Origin: Deltaproteobacteria bacterium
Lineage (GTDB): Bacteria; Myxococcota_A; Polyangia; Polyangiales; Houyiibacteriaceae
Assembly (NCBI GenBank): GCA_034670305.1
Contig: JAXMNT010000011.1
Coordinates: 32,001 to 96,000, forward strand
Direction: 5' to 3'
DNA length: 64,000 nucleotides
Position 1 is the first letter of the stretch. Each line of letters starts with the position of its first letter. A program made the position numbers and the translations under genes. The notes under the pieces are model-generated. The model did no database searches. It was given only the letters and a program-made list of their open reading frames with translations, and was not told the origin of the DNA. Shown piece by piece: positions 27,712-39,551 of the stretch.

Positions 27712-29061
27712 TTAGAAAGCCGCGGCTTCGAGGACGTCGGCGATGTCTGGACGCTCGGCGGGCACCTTCTCGAGAAGGAGGTCCGCGGGCGTCTGTTCCT
27801 TTTCGAGCAGGTCCCGAAGACTCCGGAGGAACACCCGCTCGTCGCGGCCTTGGCCATCGAGGTGACCGAGCCGCGCGAGGCCACTCTCGGCGAGCTCGAG
27901 CACATCGCCCGCCCACTCCAAGACTTTGCGTCCACCGAGGTCCGCATGGAGCCCATCGACCGGAATCGACAGCCGCGCCTTCTGAAGGTCGGCGTGGTGG
28001 ATCTTGCCCGCGAGACTCTCGGCACGGCGCCGCGTCTCGGCGTCGTAGAGCAGTCCCTTCCACAACGCGGGCAGCCCACAGAGCGTGCTGCTCGACTGGC
28101 CGTCCGCGCCGCGCATCTCGATGATGTTCTTCAGGCGCGTCTCGGGGAAGAGGCTGTTGACGTGGGCGTCCCAGTCGGCGCGCGTCGCGGTCAGCCCCTC
28201 GTGGCCATCCTTCCAGTAGGTGCGAAACGTCTGATGGGTGGGCTTGATCGAACCGCCGCGTTTGATGCCGAACATCGGCACGTCGAGCGCCCACTCGACG
28301 TAGCGTTCGTAGCTCGCCGGGCCATCCCAGAGTGGTTCGAGCAGACCGCATCGATCGGGATCCATGTGAAGCCAGACTTCGGCGCGCCGGCTGCGTTGCC
28401 CGGTCCGAACCCCTTCGACCCAGGGGCTGTTGGCGAACACCGCAGTGATGATCGGCTGCAAGCGCAGGCCGATGCGGAGCTTGGAGAACGCGTCGTCCAC
28501 GTCCGAGTAGTCGAGGTTCGCTTGCACCGTGCAGGTGCGGCGCATCATGTCGAGCGCCATCGATCCCTTGGTCGGCAGGTACTCGCGCATCACGCCGTAG
28601 CGGAGCTTCGGCACCCACGGCAGGTCGGCCTGGCGCGCGAGCGGATGAAACCCGAGCCCGAGCCAGCGCACGCCGAGCGCATCGCCCACCGACTGCAGCT
28701 CCGCCACGTGTCCGCGAAACTCCGCGCAGGTCTGGTGCACGGTGTCGAGCGGCGCGCCGCTCAACTCCAACTGGCCGCCGGGCTCGAGCGTGATGTTGGC
28801 CGCGCCCCGGTTCAGTTGGATGACGTCGCCGCCTTCCCACTCCGCCTGCCCGAACCAGCCGTGGTGTTCGATCAGCCGGTCGAGCACGCCGCGGATGTCG
28901 ACGTCGTAGTTCGTCGCTCGCCCGTCCAGGTGCACCCCGATCTTCTCGGCTTCGGTGCCGACCCTCCACTTGTGCGCGGGCTTCTCCGCGGCGTGAAAGG
29001 GGGCGATCAGTTCGTCCATGCTTTCCAGCGGACGGGTGGAGGAGGGGGATTCGGCAGCCAT
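27712..29061 (-). CDS. gshA: Glutamate-cysteine ligase (GCS2 type)
   Basis: VGTEAEK, ITLEPGGQLELSG, MMRRTCTVQANLD, FANSP, LFPETRLK and EMRGADG. Confidence 0.9.
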   Translation of the reverse strand: MAAESPSSTRPLESMDELIAPFHAAEKPAHKWRVGTEAEKIGVHLDGRATNYDVDIRGVLDRLIEHHGWFGQAEWEGGDVIQLNRGAANITLEPGGQLELSGAPLDTVHQTCAEFRGHVAELQSVGDALGVRWLGLGFHPLARQADLPWVPKLRYGVMREYLPTKGSMALDMMRRTCTVQANLDYSDVDDAFSKLRIGLRLQPIITAVFANSPWVEGVRTGQRSRRAEVWLHMDPDRCGLLEPLWDGPASYERYVEWALDVPMFGIKRGGSIKPTHQTFRTYWKDGHEGLTATRADWDAHVNSLFPETRLKNIIEMRGADGQSSSTLCGLPALWKGLLYDAETRRRAESLAGKIHHADLQKARLSIPVDGLHADLGGRKVLEWAGDVLELAESGLARLGHLDGQGRDERVFLRSLRDLLEKEQTPADLLLEKVPAERPDIADVLEAAAF

Positions 29062-29258
29062 GGGTCTCTGGTCGGTCTCGTCGTCCGGCTGGGAGCGGGC
29101 GTTACCTTCGAACGGCGAGGTTCTGGACGAGCGGTCTCCTAGCACCGGCAGCCCGTGAGCAGTAGCGCGAAAAGCGCGCTGGAGAGCACCTGGGGCCGGC
29201 GGCGATGTCCGCGAGGATCATCTCGTGTGTTCGCCGAGGTCCTGCTAGCGTGGGCGGC

Positions 29259-29615
29259 GTGAGCACGGACGATGACGATCGTGGCCGTTTCGCCCCCGGC
29301 TTGACCGCGCGCGGACACCTCGGCGGCCAGGGCCGAGTCCGACTCGAGGGCCGCTTCGAAGGCACGATCGAGCTGCTCGGTCAGCTCGAGGTCGCGCCCG
29401 GCGCCGAGGTCACAGCGCCCATCCGCGCCCTCGAGGCGTACCTCGGCGGCGAGGTCCGCGGAAACGTGACCGGCCTCGGGGCCTCCTCTCGGGTCGTGGT
29501 GCTCAAGACCGGTCGGCTCATCGGCGACGTACGGGCGGCCGAGGTGGGCATCGACGACGGGGGCGCACTCCACGGTTCGGTCGACATGGTGGTCGACATC
29601 AAGGACCTGTCGTGA
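29259..29615 (+). CDS. Bactofilin (polymer-forming cytoskeletal protein)
   Basis: Beta-helix repeats VRLEGRFEGTI, GEVRGNV and IDDGGALHGSVDM; start approximate. Confidence 0.85.
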   Translation: MSTDDDDRGRFAPGLTARGHLGGQGRVRLEGRFEGTIELLGQLEVAPGAEVTAPIRALEAYLGGEVRGNVTGLGASSRVVVLKTGRLIGDVRAAEVGIDDGGALHGSVDMVVDIKDLS

Positions 29616-30334
29616 ACCGCGCGTCCATCCTGCCCAGCGGCGTCGTGTTCGAAGGAACGCTCGAAGGAACCGGCGACCTCGTGGTGCGCGGTACCGTCGT
29701 CGGTTCGATCCAAATCGACGGTGCCCTCTGGATCGAGGCCGGCGGTGTGGTGCGTGGGCACGTACAAGCACGCGTCGTCACGGTGCGTGGCGTGCTGAAG
29801 GGCAATGCGTTCGGTGACGAAGCCGTCCGCGTGTCGGCCACCGCGAAACTCATCGGCGATCTGACCGCACCGCGGGTGCAAGTGGTCCCAGGCGCCCGGT
29901 TCAAGGGCGCGGTGTTCGTCGAGTCGCCGAACCTGCCGCTGCTCGACCGCTACGATCCGGCGGAGCACACGCTCGCCGGCCAAGAGGCGCCCGAAGTCGA
30001 AGCCCCGATCGGCGCGCCGACGGTCGTGGGACAACCGGCCCCGACGTTCGCGCTGCCAGCGAGTTTCCCGGACACCCTGGCGCGGGCAACGATGCCGTCC
30101 CCGCCGCGCCTGGACACACCTCCCGGTGGCACACTGCGTGCCCCGCCGCCGGACAAAGCGCTTGCGCCTCTGCCGTTCGAGCCGGCCGCACACGTGACGT
30201 TGCCTTCGCCTCCCATGCCGGGCGCGCTCGCGGATGCGGAGTCGGACGCACAGGCACCGCGCTTGCCGAAGGTGTCGCTCCGGATGCCGTCGCTCGGACG
30301 TGCCCGCGGCAAGCGCCGCACGGATCCGCGGTGA
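29612..30334 (+). CDS. Bactofilin with Pro-rich and basic C-terminal tail (BacP-like architecture)
   Basis: GDLVVRGTVVGSI...GARFKGAV followed by about 135 aa Pro-rich tail ending RARGKRR. Confidence 0.85.
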   Translation: MNRASILPSGVVFEGTLEGTGDLVVRGTVVGSIQIDGALWIEAGGVVRGHVQARVVTVRGVLKGNAFGDEAVRVSATAKLIGDLTAPRVQVVPGARFKGAVFVESPNLPLLDRYDPAEHTLAGQEAPEVEAPIGAPTVVGQPAPTFALPASFPDTLARATMPSPPRLDTPPGGTLRAPPPDKALAPLPFEPAAHVTLPSPPMPGALADAESDAQAPRLPKVSLRMPSLGRARGKRRTDPR

Positions 30335-30891
30335 CGATGCCGGAGCCCGATCCACTCTTGGAGATGCTGCGCGCGAAGAGTTTTCGACGCGGCGAGTTCC
30401 GTCTGACCTCGGGGCGCACCAGCGACTTCTTCATCGACTGCAAACCCACCGTGCTCAGCGCGCGCGGGCACGCGTACGTCGGTCGCGCCATGGGGGATGC
30501 GATCCGGAAGCACGCGGGCGGCGTCGATGCCGTGGCTGGGGTCGAGCTCGGCGGGTGTTCGCTGGCGAGCGCGGTCGCGATGCAGTCGCTCGACGCCGAT
30601 GCGCCTCTGGACGCGGTGTTCGTCCGGAAGTCGACCAAAGCGCACGGCAGCCAGCGGCAGCTCGAAGGCGCGCAGGACTTGAAACCCGGAGCGGCGCTGG
30701 CCGTGGTCGAGGACACGGTCACGACGGGTGGCTCGACGCTTCGCGCGATCGACGTGCTGGTGGAGCACGGCTTCGTCGTGCCGTTGGTCGTCGCGGTGGT
30801 CGATCGCCTCGAGGGCGCGGCCGGTGCATTCGCGGCGCGCGAGGTTCCGTTCGTCGCGCTCTACGATCGACACGACTTCATTCCAGCGTGA
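30331..30891 (+). CDS. pyrE: Orotate phosphoribosyltransferase
   Basis: FRLTSGRTSDFFIDCK, VRKSTKAHG and PRPP motif VVEDTVTTGGS. Confidence 0.95.
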   Translation: MTMPEPDPLLEMLRAKSFRRGEFRLTSGRTSDFFIDCKPTVLSARGHAYVGRAMGDAIRKHAGGVDAVAGVELGGCSLASAVAMQSLDADAPLDAVFVRKSTKAHGSQRQLEGAQDLKPGAALAVVEDTVTTGGSTLRAIDVLVEHGFVVPLVVAVVDRLEGAAGAFAAREVPFVALYDRHDFIPA

Positions 30892-30895
30892 TCCC

Positions 30896-31582
30896 ATGCG
30901 TGCGTCTCTACCCAGCTCTTCTCGTGCGACCGGCTTCTGGCTGCTTGGGGTGTTGTGCCTGGGCCTTGGTGCGGGCGGCTGCGCGACCCACACGATCAAC
31001 CTGCAGACCGGTCCGCGTGCGTTCACTGCGGACGAGTACGAACTCGTCTACGAGGGTTGGACCCGCAGCGAAGACGACTTCGCGTGGACCGAACTCGACG
31101 ACATCTTGCATGTCACCGCCACCTTCGAGAGCTGGGAGTTCCGCTGGGCGTACGTGGCCCGCTACGCGCGCGACCACTCGATCGAAGAGAGCGCGCGCGC
31201 GGCGATGCTCCGAGCCACACTCGCCGACGCGACCCAGCACCACCGCTTCTTCGTGACCCTCTCCGGCCCCGTCTTCCGCGAGCAAGATCTCACCAGCCCC
31301 CGCTCCGGATGGCGGGTGTTGCTCGTGGACGAAGACGGCCGCCAGACCACCCCCATCGAGATGCGCAAAGTGCGGCATCCCACCGCGGCGGAGCTCATCT
31401 ACTTCCCGAGCGTGAGCCCGCACCGCCAGGCGTTCCGAATCGTCTTCCCCGCCCACCGCGAAGACGGCAGCGAGACGATCCCCGCCGACACCCGGACGAT
31501 CACCCTCCGATTCGCAGGCGCGCGCGGCCAAGTGAACCTGGAGTGGCAGATCCCGAGCCCGGAGGGCGTCTCCACGGAGTAG
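30896..31582 (+). CDS. Hypothetical lipoprotein
   Basis: WLLGVLCLGLGAGGC lipobox; starts 5 nt after pyrE. Confidence 0.75.
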   Translation: MRASLPSSSRATGFWLLGVLCLGLGAGGCATHTINLQTGPRAFTADEYELVYEGWTRSEDDFAWTELDDILHVTATFESWEFRWAYVARYARDHSIEESARAAMLRATLADATQHHRFFVTLSGPVFREQDLTSPRSGWRVLLVDEDGRQTTPIEMRKVRHPTAAELIYFPSVSPHRQAFRIVFPAHREDGSETIPADTRTITLRFAGARGQVNLEWQIPSPEGVSTE

Positions 31583-31611
31583 GGGCGGACGCCGGAGGGC
31601 ATGGATGTCCC

Positions 31612-31941
31612 GCATCCTCAGCGCCCCGCCAGATCCCATTCGACCGCGGCTCGCAATCTGCGAGGGTCGCATCCACCGATGCGGGGGCTTGTTTGCTGGA
31701 TAGGGCGGGCGGGTTCAGGCGTGGTACGGGGGCGCGCCCGGTTGAGAAGGAGCGGCACGGATGCGGGGCTCGTTGCAATGCAGCATGCTGCTGCACCGCT
31801 TTGAACTGCCGTGTTCGAACGAGTCGCCGGAGGCCGTGAGGACTGCGCGGCTCCTACGTCCGAGCGGGACCGTACGCAGCCGGCTCCGGGCCGTGAAGCG
31901 CAGCGCCCGGCTGGCCCGGCGCAGCTGGAAAGTGGCTGCGC
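31612..31941 (+). repeat. Left arm of a long imperfect inverted repeat flanking the transposase
   Basis: Aligns with the reverse complement of 32740-33123; identical blocks at 31681-31708 and 31776-31806. Confidence 0.9.
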
Positions 31942-31971
31942 GGGATCCGCTCAAGGCTGCCGTGTTGGTGT

Positions 31972-32685
31972 TCACGAAGCTGGCTTAGACCTGTGTCTCG
32001 GGCCTGGTCGCTCGTCGGGGTGGATCAGCCCACGTTTGCGCCACCCGACGCGCAACAGCCACGTGTGTGCGCGTGGCATCGGCGGGCCGCAGTCGCGTGG
32101 GGGCTCGGGGGCGGACGACCATCCATCGAAGTGCGGCGCCGTGGAACAGGGGTCGACCCAGCCGGGTCGAAACGTGCGGCGGGAACCCGCGTGCTTGCGC
32201 TTGTTGTTGAGCACGTAACGAAGCGCGTGGCGGACCTGCGTGGGCGTGGAAAGGACCTCGGCGTGGTAGCGGTCCGGGAACAGCTTGCCCGACCGTCCGA
32301 GGTACCTGTTCACTCGCTTCGCGAGCCGGATCAGCAACCCCTGCATGCCACGCGAAAGCGCCTCCGTGCTCTTCGCTTCTACGATGAGGTGGACGTGGTT
32401 CGTCTGGATCGAGAAGTGAACGATGCGCATGCCGTTGCGCTCGGCCGCCTGCTCGAAGATCGAGAACAGCAACCGGGTGAGACGACGCCCGCGAAGACTT
32501 GGGACGTCCGAAGCCACCTTGATCGTGACGTGGACGGGGTTGCGGTTGGCAACCTTGACCCGCGGCCGATGCGACACGCCCGCGCGTTCTCCCTTGGGCT
32601 TGCGACCGGCGCCCGCACGGCGACCTCCCCACGTGCCGGGAAGCGAAAGGTCGAGCTGTTTCGGTTTGCGAGGGCGGCGCGCCAT
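31972..32685 (-). mobile_element. RAYT-like (REP-associated) HUH/Y1 tyrosine transposase
   Basis: PVHVT, HFSIQTNHVHLIVE (HUH), GKLFPDRYH and LRYVLNN (candidate catalytic Tyr); no adjacent tnpB. Confidence 0.88.
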
Positions 32686-32697
32686 CTTGATTGAGCA

Positions 32698-32725
32698 ATA
32701 GTAGCACAATCCATGTCCAGTTCAA
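32698..32725 (-). promoter_or_regulatory. Putative promoter of the transposase
   Basis: TTGAAC-N16-TACTAT ending 12 nt before the ATG, in an AT-rich patch. Confidence 0.45.
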
Positions 32726-32739
32726 GCAGTCTCTTCCGT

Positions 32740-33123
32740 GCGCAGCCACTTGTCGGGGGCGTTGGGCTCGACCGCGCGCCGCGCTTGGTGCCGCGAGCCG
32801 GCAGCCTCTGCCCCCGCCCGGGCGTAGGAGCCCCGCAGCGGTCAACCGTTCCGGCGACCGTTCCGAACACGGCAGTGCTTTCTGAGGGGGGTTCCCCCTC
32901 CGGCCCTCGGCCACCTCCCCACCTGGTTCAAAGCGGTGCAGCAGCATGCTGCATTGGCCAAGGAGCCCCGTCTGCGCGCCGCCAAGCAGCCCGCTCCTCG
33001 AGCCCACATCGCCCGCCGGAACCCGGCCGCCCTATCCAGCAAACAAGCCCCCGCCTCCGTGGACCCGGCGCTTGCAGATTGCGATCCGCGGTCGAGTGGG
33101 ACAGGCGGGGCGCTCGAGGATGC
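32740..33123 (-). repeat. Right arm of the long inverted repeat, with an extra segment of about 50 bp
   Basis: Identical blocks at 32926-32956 and 33027-33054; extra segment about 32877-32925. Confidence 0.9.
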
Positions 33124-33330
33124 TGGGCACGCCTGGGTGGATGGGGTTTCGGGTCCGCGAACCGAAGGGCATTGCCAAGGGAAGCGGCCAAGGGGTTCTG
33201 TGGCGAGCTGCTCGGTTGGACCTTCAGGGGCCGGCGTACCGGGGCCGAGGAGTCTTGCGCCACTGCTAGACTGCCTCGTGCCTGTCTCACCCCACCATAC
33301 GCCTCAGGGGGTCTGGGTGCGGTGTCCTCG

Positions 33331-33642
33331 ATGCGGGGGCGCGCGCACTTTCAAACAGCGTTCAGTTTGATCGAACGCCGCCAATGGGGTCGGTGGAAGG
33401 CCTGGCTGCGACCCTACAGCCGCGCGACCGACTTCATGGGGCGGGCCCGCTGGGTGCCGGGAGATCCGGATCCCTCATGGCGCGGGTGGATCGTCATTGA
33501 ACACGATCCGAAACTCTTCCAGTGGAAGCACCCGAGCGGGGGATACCGCGCCACCGGCGAAGGCATCCTCTCCTGCACCCCGTGTGTGACGCGCCGATCC
33601 CACACGCTCGACTGGCCCGCCGACGCGTGGCCCGAACCCTGA
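33331..33642 (+). CDS. Small Trp-rich hypothetical protein
   Basis: 103 aa ORF from ATG 33331 with protein-like composition; no family recognised. Confidence 0.4.
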   Translation: MRGRAHFQTAFSLIERRQWGRWKAWLRPYSRATDFMGRARWVPGDPDPSWRGWIVIEHDPKLFQWKHPSGGYRATGEGILSCTPCVTRRSHTLDWPADAWPEP

Positions 33643-33661
33643 TGCGGTGAGACCCGCCGCC

Positions 33662-33801
33662 TATCCCAACCTGGCAAGCCCACCACCACTGCCCTGCGGG
33701 CGGCCCGCAAGGGCCGCATTCCAACCCGGCAAGCCCCACAAAACGGGCACCCCAAGCACAATGATCCGCAACCCCCCGCCGTTCGCCGGCGCCGGGTTGG
33801 A
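33662..33801. repeat. REP-like cluster of direct and inverted repeats with a hairpin
   Basis: CCAACC(T/C)GGCAAGCCC twice, hairpin GCCCTGCGGG-CGG-CCCGCAAGGGC between them, inverted GCCGGGTTGGA at 33791. Confidence 0.6.
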
Positions 33802-33815
33802 TGTGTGAAGAGCCG

Positions 33816-33845
33816 TTGACACCTCCGAGCTTTGCTCGTTATCGT
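33816..33845 (+). promoter_or_regulatory. Putative sigma-70 promoter
   Basis: TTGACA-N18-TATCGT upstream of the 33985 operon. Confidence 0.5.
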
Positions 33846-33984
33846 CCGCGCGAATCGTACCTCCCCAATTTGTTCGGCTTTCGGGGGGTTTCGAAGGGGT
33901 ATGACCCAGCGGTGCCGGCTGCGAACCAGGGGTTCGAGGCGGCATTCGGGCAACGGCCACTCGAAGTGGCCAGGAGATGGTTCG

Positions 33985-35660
33985 ATGAAGCAGCTCGTCC
34001 TTTCTGTGCTGTTGAGTTTCGTCCTGACGGCGACGTTCGTCGCATGTCACGCCGCGGACGACGACGTCGTCGGTCAGGCCGACGAACTCAGTGATCCCGT
34101 TCGCCGCCAGAACGCGATCAGCAAGATCCAGACGATCTGGTCTCAAGCGCTCGTCGCCGCCGATGGCGACCGGTCTGCGGCCGGGGTCCAGGAAGTGCTC
34201 GACGCGGTCGTCGAGAAGATGTCGAAGGTCTACGTGGAGAACCGCGCGGACACGCAGAACGGCATCGCGATGCTCGCGCTCCTCAAGGAGATGAACGACC
34301 CCCGCGCGATCGATGCGTTCATCAATGCGCTCGACTGGCGCCCGGAAGTCAGCGAGGCCCACGCGGAACGCGCGGCCCAGGCGCTCCAGCGGGTCGAGGT
34401 GCCGGACGGACGCAAGGCCGAGGTGGTCGCGGCGCTCGGAACCGCGCTCGACAAGATCCGCCAGGCCCGCCCAGAGGACAACCGGATGCGCATCGAGATG
34501 ATCCGTGCACTCGGCGCGATCGGCGATCGTTCGGCGACGCCGATCCTCACCAAGATCGCCACGACCCAGAGCGAAGAACAGAACTTCCTGGTGAACCACT
34601 TGGCCGCCTCGCAGCTCGGCTCCCTGGCCGACCCCGCCGCGGTCGAGCCGCTCATCCAGGGCCTGTACCTCTTCGATCCGAACAACCCCGGCATGCGCAT
34701 GAACGACGTCGCGGCATCCGCGCTCGTGAGCATCGGGCGTCCGTCCCTCGAGCCGCTGCTCGGCGTGCTCCGCGGCGAGGACGAAGGCGCGAACGCGATG
34801 GCGACCGCGTACATCGAGGCGGTTCGCCAGCGCAACGCCGAGGCCGCGGACCAGATGAGCGTGGCGCAGGTGGTCGGTTCCGAGGCGACGTTTGCGCTCG
34901 GTTCGCTCGGCTTTCGCGAAGCGCTCGACCCGCTCATGGCCGAGACCAACGCGGAGGACCCGTTCCGGCAGGTCAACGGCTCGCTCGCCATCGTGCGACT
35001 CAACCACGCCGAAGGCGATCGCGCGCAGGTTCGCACGGCGCTGCGCCGCGTCTACACCGGCCTGCCCGACGATGCGCAGGGCGTTCAGTTCAAGGCGCAG
35101 ATGATCGCGGCCATCCGCTCGCTCTACGATCCTGGCTTCCTCGAGTTCTTCCTCGCCGAAGTTCAGAACGACGAGAACCACCCGCAGGTCCGGATCGAAG
35201 CGATGAACGCGTACGCACTCTTGGCGAACAAGAACGAGATGGTCGCGCTCACCCGCTGGATCGCCGGCGCGACCGAGGACGCCTACCACGAGCGTTTTCA
35301 GCAGGAGTCCGAGAAGCCCGTGGCTGTGGCCAACGAGTGCGACGAAGCGATCCCTTGCTACATCGGCAAGCTGGCCGATGGCGATGTGGCCGTGGTGCGC
35401 AAGGCCGCGTTCATGCTGGGACGACTTGGCCGCGGCAACGAAGAGGTCGTGACGGCGCTCGTCGACAAGCTCAACCACATGGACGTGCAGGTTCGCCTGA
35501 CCGCGGTGGCGGCGCTCGACCGCGTCGCGACGGCCGGCAGCCAGGCCGCGATCGACAAGATCTCCGAACTCGAAGAGATGGAAGCAGGCCGCGCAGTCTG
35601 GGTGCAGTTCAGTCGTGAAGCGCTCCCGACCCAGGCGCGGTTGCGCGCACGAATGAGCCA

Positions 35661-35664
<4 letters not shown>
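33985..35664 (+). CDS. HEAT-repeat lipoprotein
   Basis: AGGAG RBS; TFVAC lipobox; repeated ALGxIGDxxAxxxL helical units. Confidence 0.85.
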
Positions 35665-37586
<1,922 letters not shown>

Positions 37587-37595
37587 AGTTTCACG

Positions 37596-37775
37596 GTGGC
37601 GTGGCTGCGCGAAGGATCCGGCGGGCTGCTCTTGCTCGCGAGTTTGGGCACGCTCTTCTATGCCATCGTGCAGCTTCGCGGACACGACTACGTCGCCGCG
37701 ATCGTGCTGACCTTCATCGGGCTGGCGGTGCTCGGTGCATCGGTCGAACTGCTCCGACCGTCGACGGGGGAGTAG
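37596..37775 (+). CDS. Small two-TM membrane protein (59 aa, not in the ORF track)
   Basis: VAWLREGSGGLLLLASLGTLFYAIVQLRGHDYVAAIVLTFIGLAVLGASVELLRPSTGE; fills the operon gap exactly. Confidence 0.7.
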   Translation: MAWLREGSGGLLLLASLGTLFYAIVQLRGHDYVAAIVLTFIGLAVLGASVELLRPSTGE

Positions 37776-37776
37776 C

Positions 37777-38793
37777 GTGCGCCGCCCGCACCGCATGCTG
37801 TCGACCCTGCTCGGGATCGGGTGTCTCGTCGGCTGCGGCGACCCGCCCGCTCCTCCGCCGCAGACCGAGCTCGCGGTCGGCACCGATCGGGTGGGTGGCG
37901 ACATCCTCAGCACGGTCGACGGGGTCGGCATCGCGCGTGAAGACGTGATCGCGTTGATGCAGAGTGGTGGTTTCACCGCCCGCGAGGCGCTCACTCGACT
38001 CCAAGAAGAAGTGTTGCTCAGTCGAGAAGCCGAACGGCGTGGCTACCACCTCGGCGCGCGGGGACAGCGCCTCCTCGACCGCGCCCTCGTCCAGACCCTG
38101 CTGGCCGAACTCGAGACGACGCACGCGGCCGAGGACGTGGGGGTCGCACAGGCGCGTCAGATATTCGACAGCCAGGACCGGGCGATGGCTTCGGAAGAGG
38201 CGCGCCGCTCGCGCCACGTGCTCGTGCGGGTGCCCACCGACGTCGCGCCTGGCTCGTCCGAGGATGCGGACGCGCGCGCGCTCGCAGTGGAGATACTGAC
38301 TGAACTCGCCAGCGCCGAACCCGGCGACGCCTCCGTCTACGAGCGCTGGGCTGCGACCGAACGCGCCCGGTCCGGGGCGGACACCTGGACGGTCTTCGCG
38401 GACGAGTTGCCGCTCCTCCCCCGCAGCGCGGAGGGGCAGCTGGGCACTGCATTTCGCGATGCGCTCTTTGGGGTCGGCTCGGGTCCGCTGGTGGAGAGGA
38501 ACGATGGCCAAGGGCTCGGGCCGGGCGGTCTGGGTGTGCTGCCCGAGCCGGTGCGGACAGAGGCGGGCTGGCACGTGATCTTGGTCGACGAGATCGTGCC
38601 CGCGCGGCGGACGTTCGAGGAGTGGCAGGACGAGATTCGCCGGCAGGTCGCCGACCGAAACCGGGTGACCGAACTGCACCAGCTCATCGAGTCGCTGCGC
38701 ACCCAGGTCGCCGTGGAGCGCAACGAGCGGGCGGAGTCGATCGCGCTGCACGCGACGTTCGAATCGGACGGGGAGGATGGGCATGACTCGTAG
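37777..38793 (+). CDS. Parvulin/SurA-type peptidyl-prolyl isomerase lipoprotein
   Basis: CLVGC lipobox, RSRHVLV and PVRTEAGWHVILV. Confidence 0.8.
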   Translation: MRRPHRMLSTLLGIGCLVGCGDPPAPPPQTELAVGTDRVGGDILSTVDGVGIAREDVIALMQSGGFTAREALTRLQEEVLLSREAERRGYHLGARGQRLLDRALVQTLLAELETTHAAEDVGVAQARQIFDSQDRAMASEEARRSRHVLVRVPTDVAPGSSEDADARALAVEILTELASAEPGDASVYERWAATERARSGADTWTVFADELPLLPRSAEGQLGTAFRDALFGVGSGPLVERNDGQGLGPGGLGVLPEPVRTEAGWHVILVDEIVPARRTFEEWQDEIRRQVADRNRVTELHQLIESLRTQVAVERNERAESIALHATFESDGEDGHDS

Positions 38794-39478
38794 CAGTCGA
38801 CCCCGCCGCACCTCGACCGTCCGGTTTCGGAGCGCGCTCGATGAACACGAGCGCGAGGAGTCGGAGACCGGATTCACGCTGGTGCTCCGTGGACTGTTTC
38901 TCACTCAGCCCGCGCTGCAGGCGGTGGTGTTCGTCGACAACCAGGGCGAGTGCGTCGACTACTGCTCGGCCATCCCTCCGTTCGAAGCCAAGGTCTCCGG
39001 TGCCCATGCGCAGATTCTGATGGCGTCGGTCCGGCGGTTCATGGAGGCGATCGACGGAGGCGAACCGGCGATGCTGGAGCTGCATGGTTCCAAGCGCGAC
39101 GTGGTCGTCCGCCGCCTGGGAGAGCAGTACTTGGTGGGTCTGTTGCTCAACAGTGGGGGCGTCGACCAGACCTTGCTGCACGGGCTGGATCAGATGGTGT
39201 CGGCGCTTCGCGACGAAGCGGCGATCGAGGTGCCTTCGTGGGACCCGCAGCGGGACCTCGAAGTCGAGACCCGCTCCGCGATCGGATGGCCGTTTGCGCC
39301 CAGTGCGTACTCCGAGAGCGGGCATGTTCGGCGGCCGATCAAGGCGGTGCTCGGACGATGGGAGGAGCACGGCGGGCTCTCGGCGGACCACTTGGTGTGT
39401 TTCCGGGTTCTCGACGAGGAGGGCGTGGAGCTGACCCTCGCGTACGACATCGAAGAGCGCCGATGGATGCGGTGGTAG
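38777..39478 (+). CDS. Roadblock/LC7-like domain protein with C-terminal extension
   Basis: FTLVLRGL...AVVFVDNQGECVD... helix/strand pattern of roadblock proteins. Confidence 0.55.
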   Translation: MGMTRSSRPRRTSTVRFRSALDEHEREESETGFTLVLRGLFLTQPALQAVVFVDNQGECVDYCSAIPPFEAKVSGAHAQILMASVRRFMEAIDGGEPAMLELHGSKRDVVVRRLGEQYLVGLLLNSGGVDQTLLHGLDQMVSALRDEAAIEVPSWDPQRDLEVETRSAIGWPFAPSAYSESGHVRRPIKAVLGRWEEHGGLSADHLVCFRVLDEEGVELTLAYDIEERRWMRW

Positions 39479-39551
39479 GCATTTTGGCGCTGCGACGAAT
39501 GCGAGCGAGAACACCTACCCTTGCGGCGAAAACCGGGTAACATCGGCGCCC

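Noticed and set aside
31972-32685. IS605/IS200 element with TnpB or IscB
   Set aside because: No RuvC-type ORF nearby; the size and motifs fit a RAYT-like protein better
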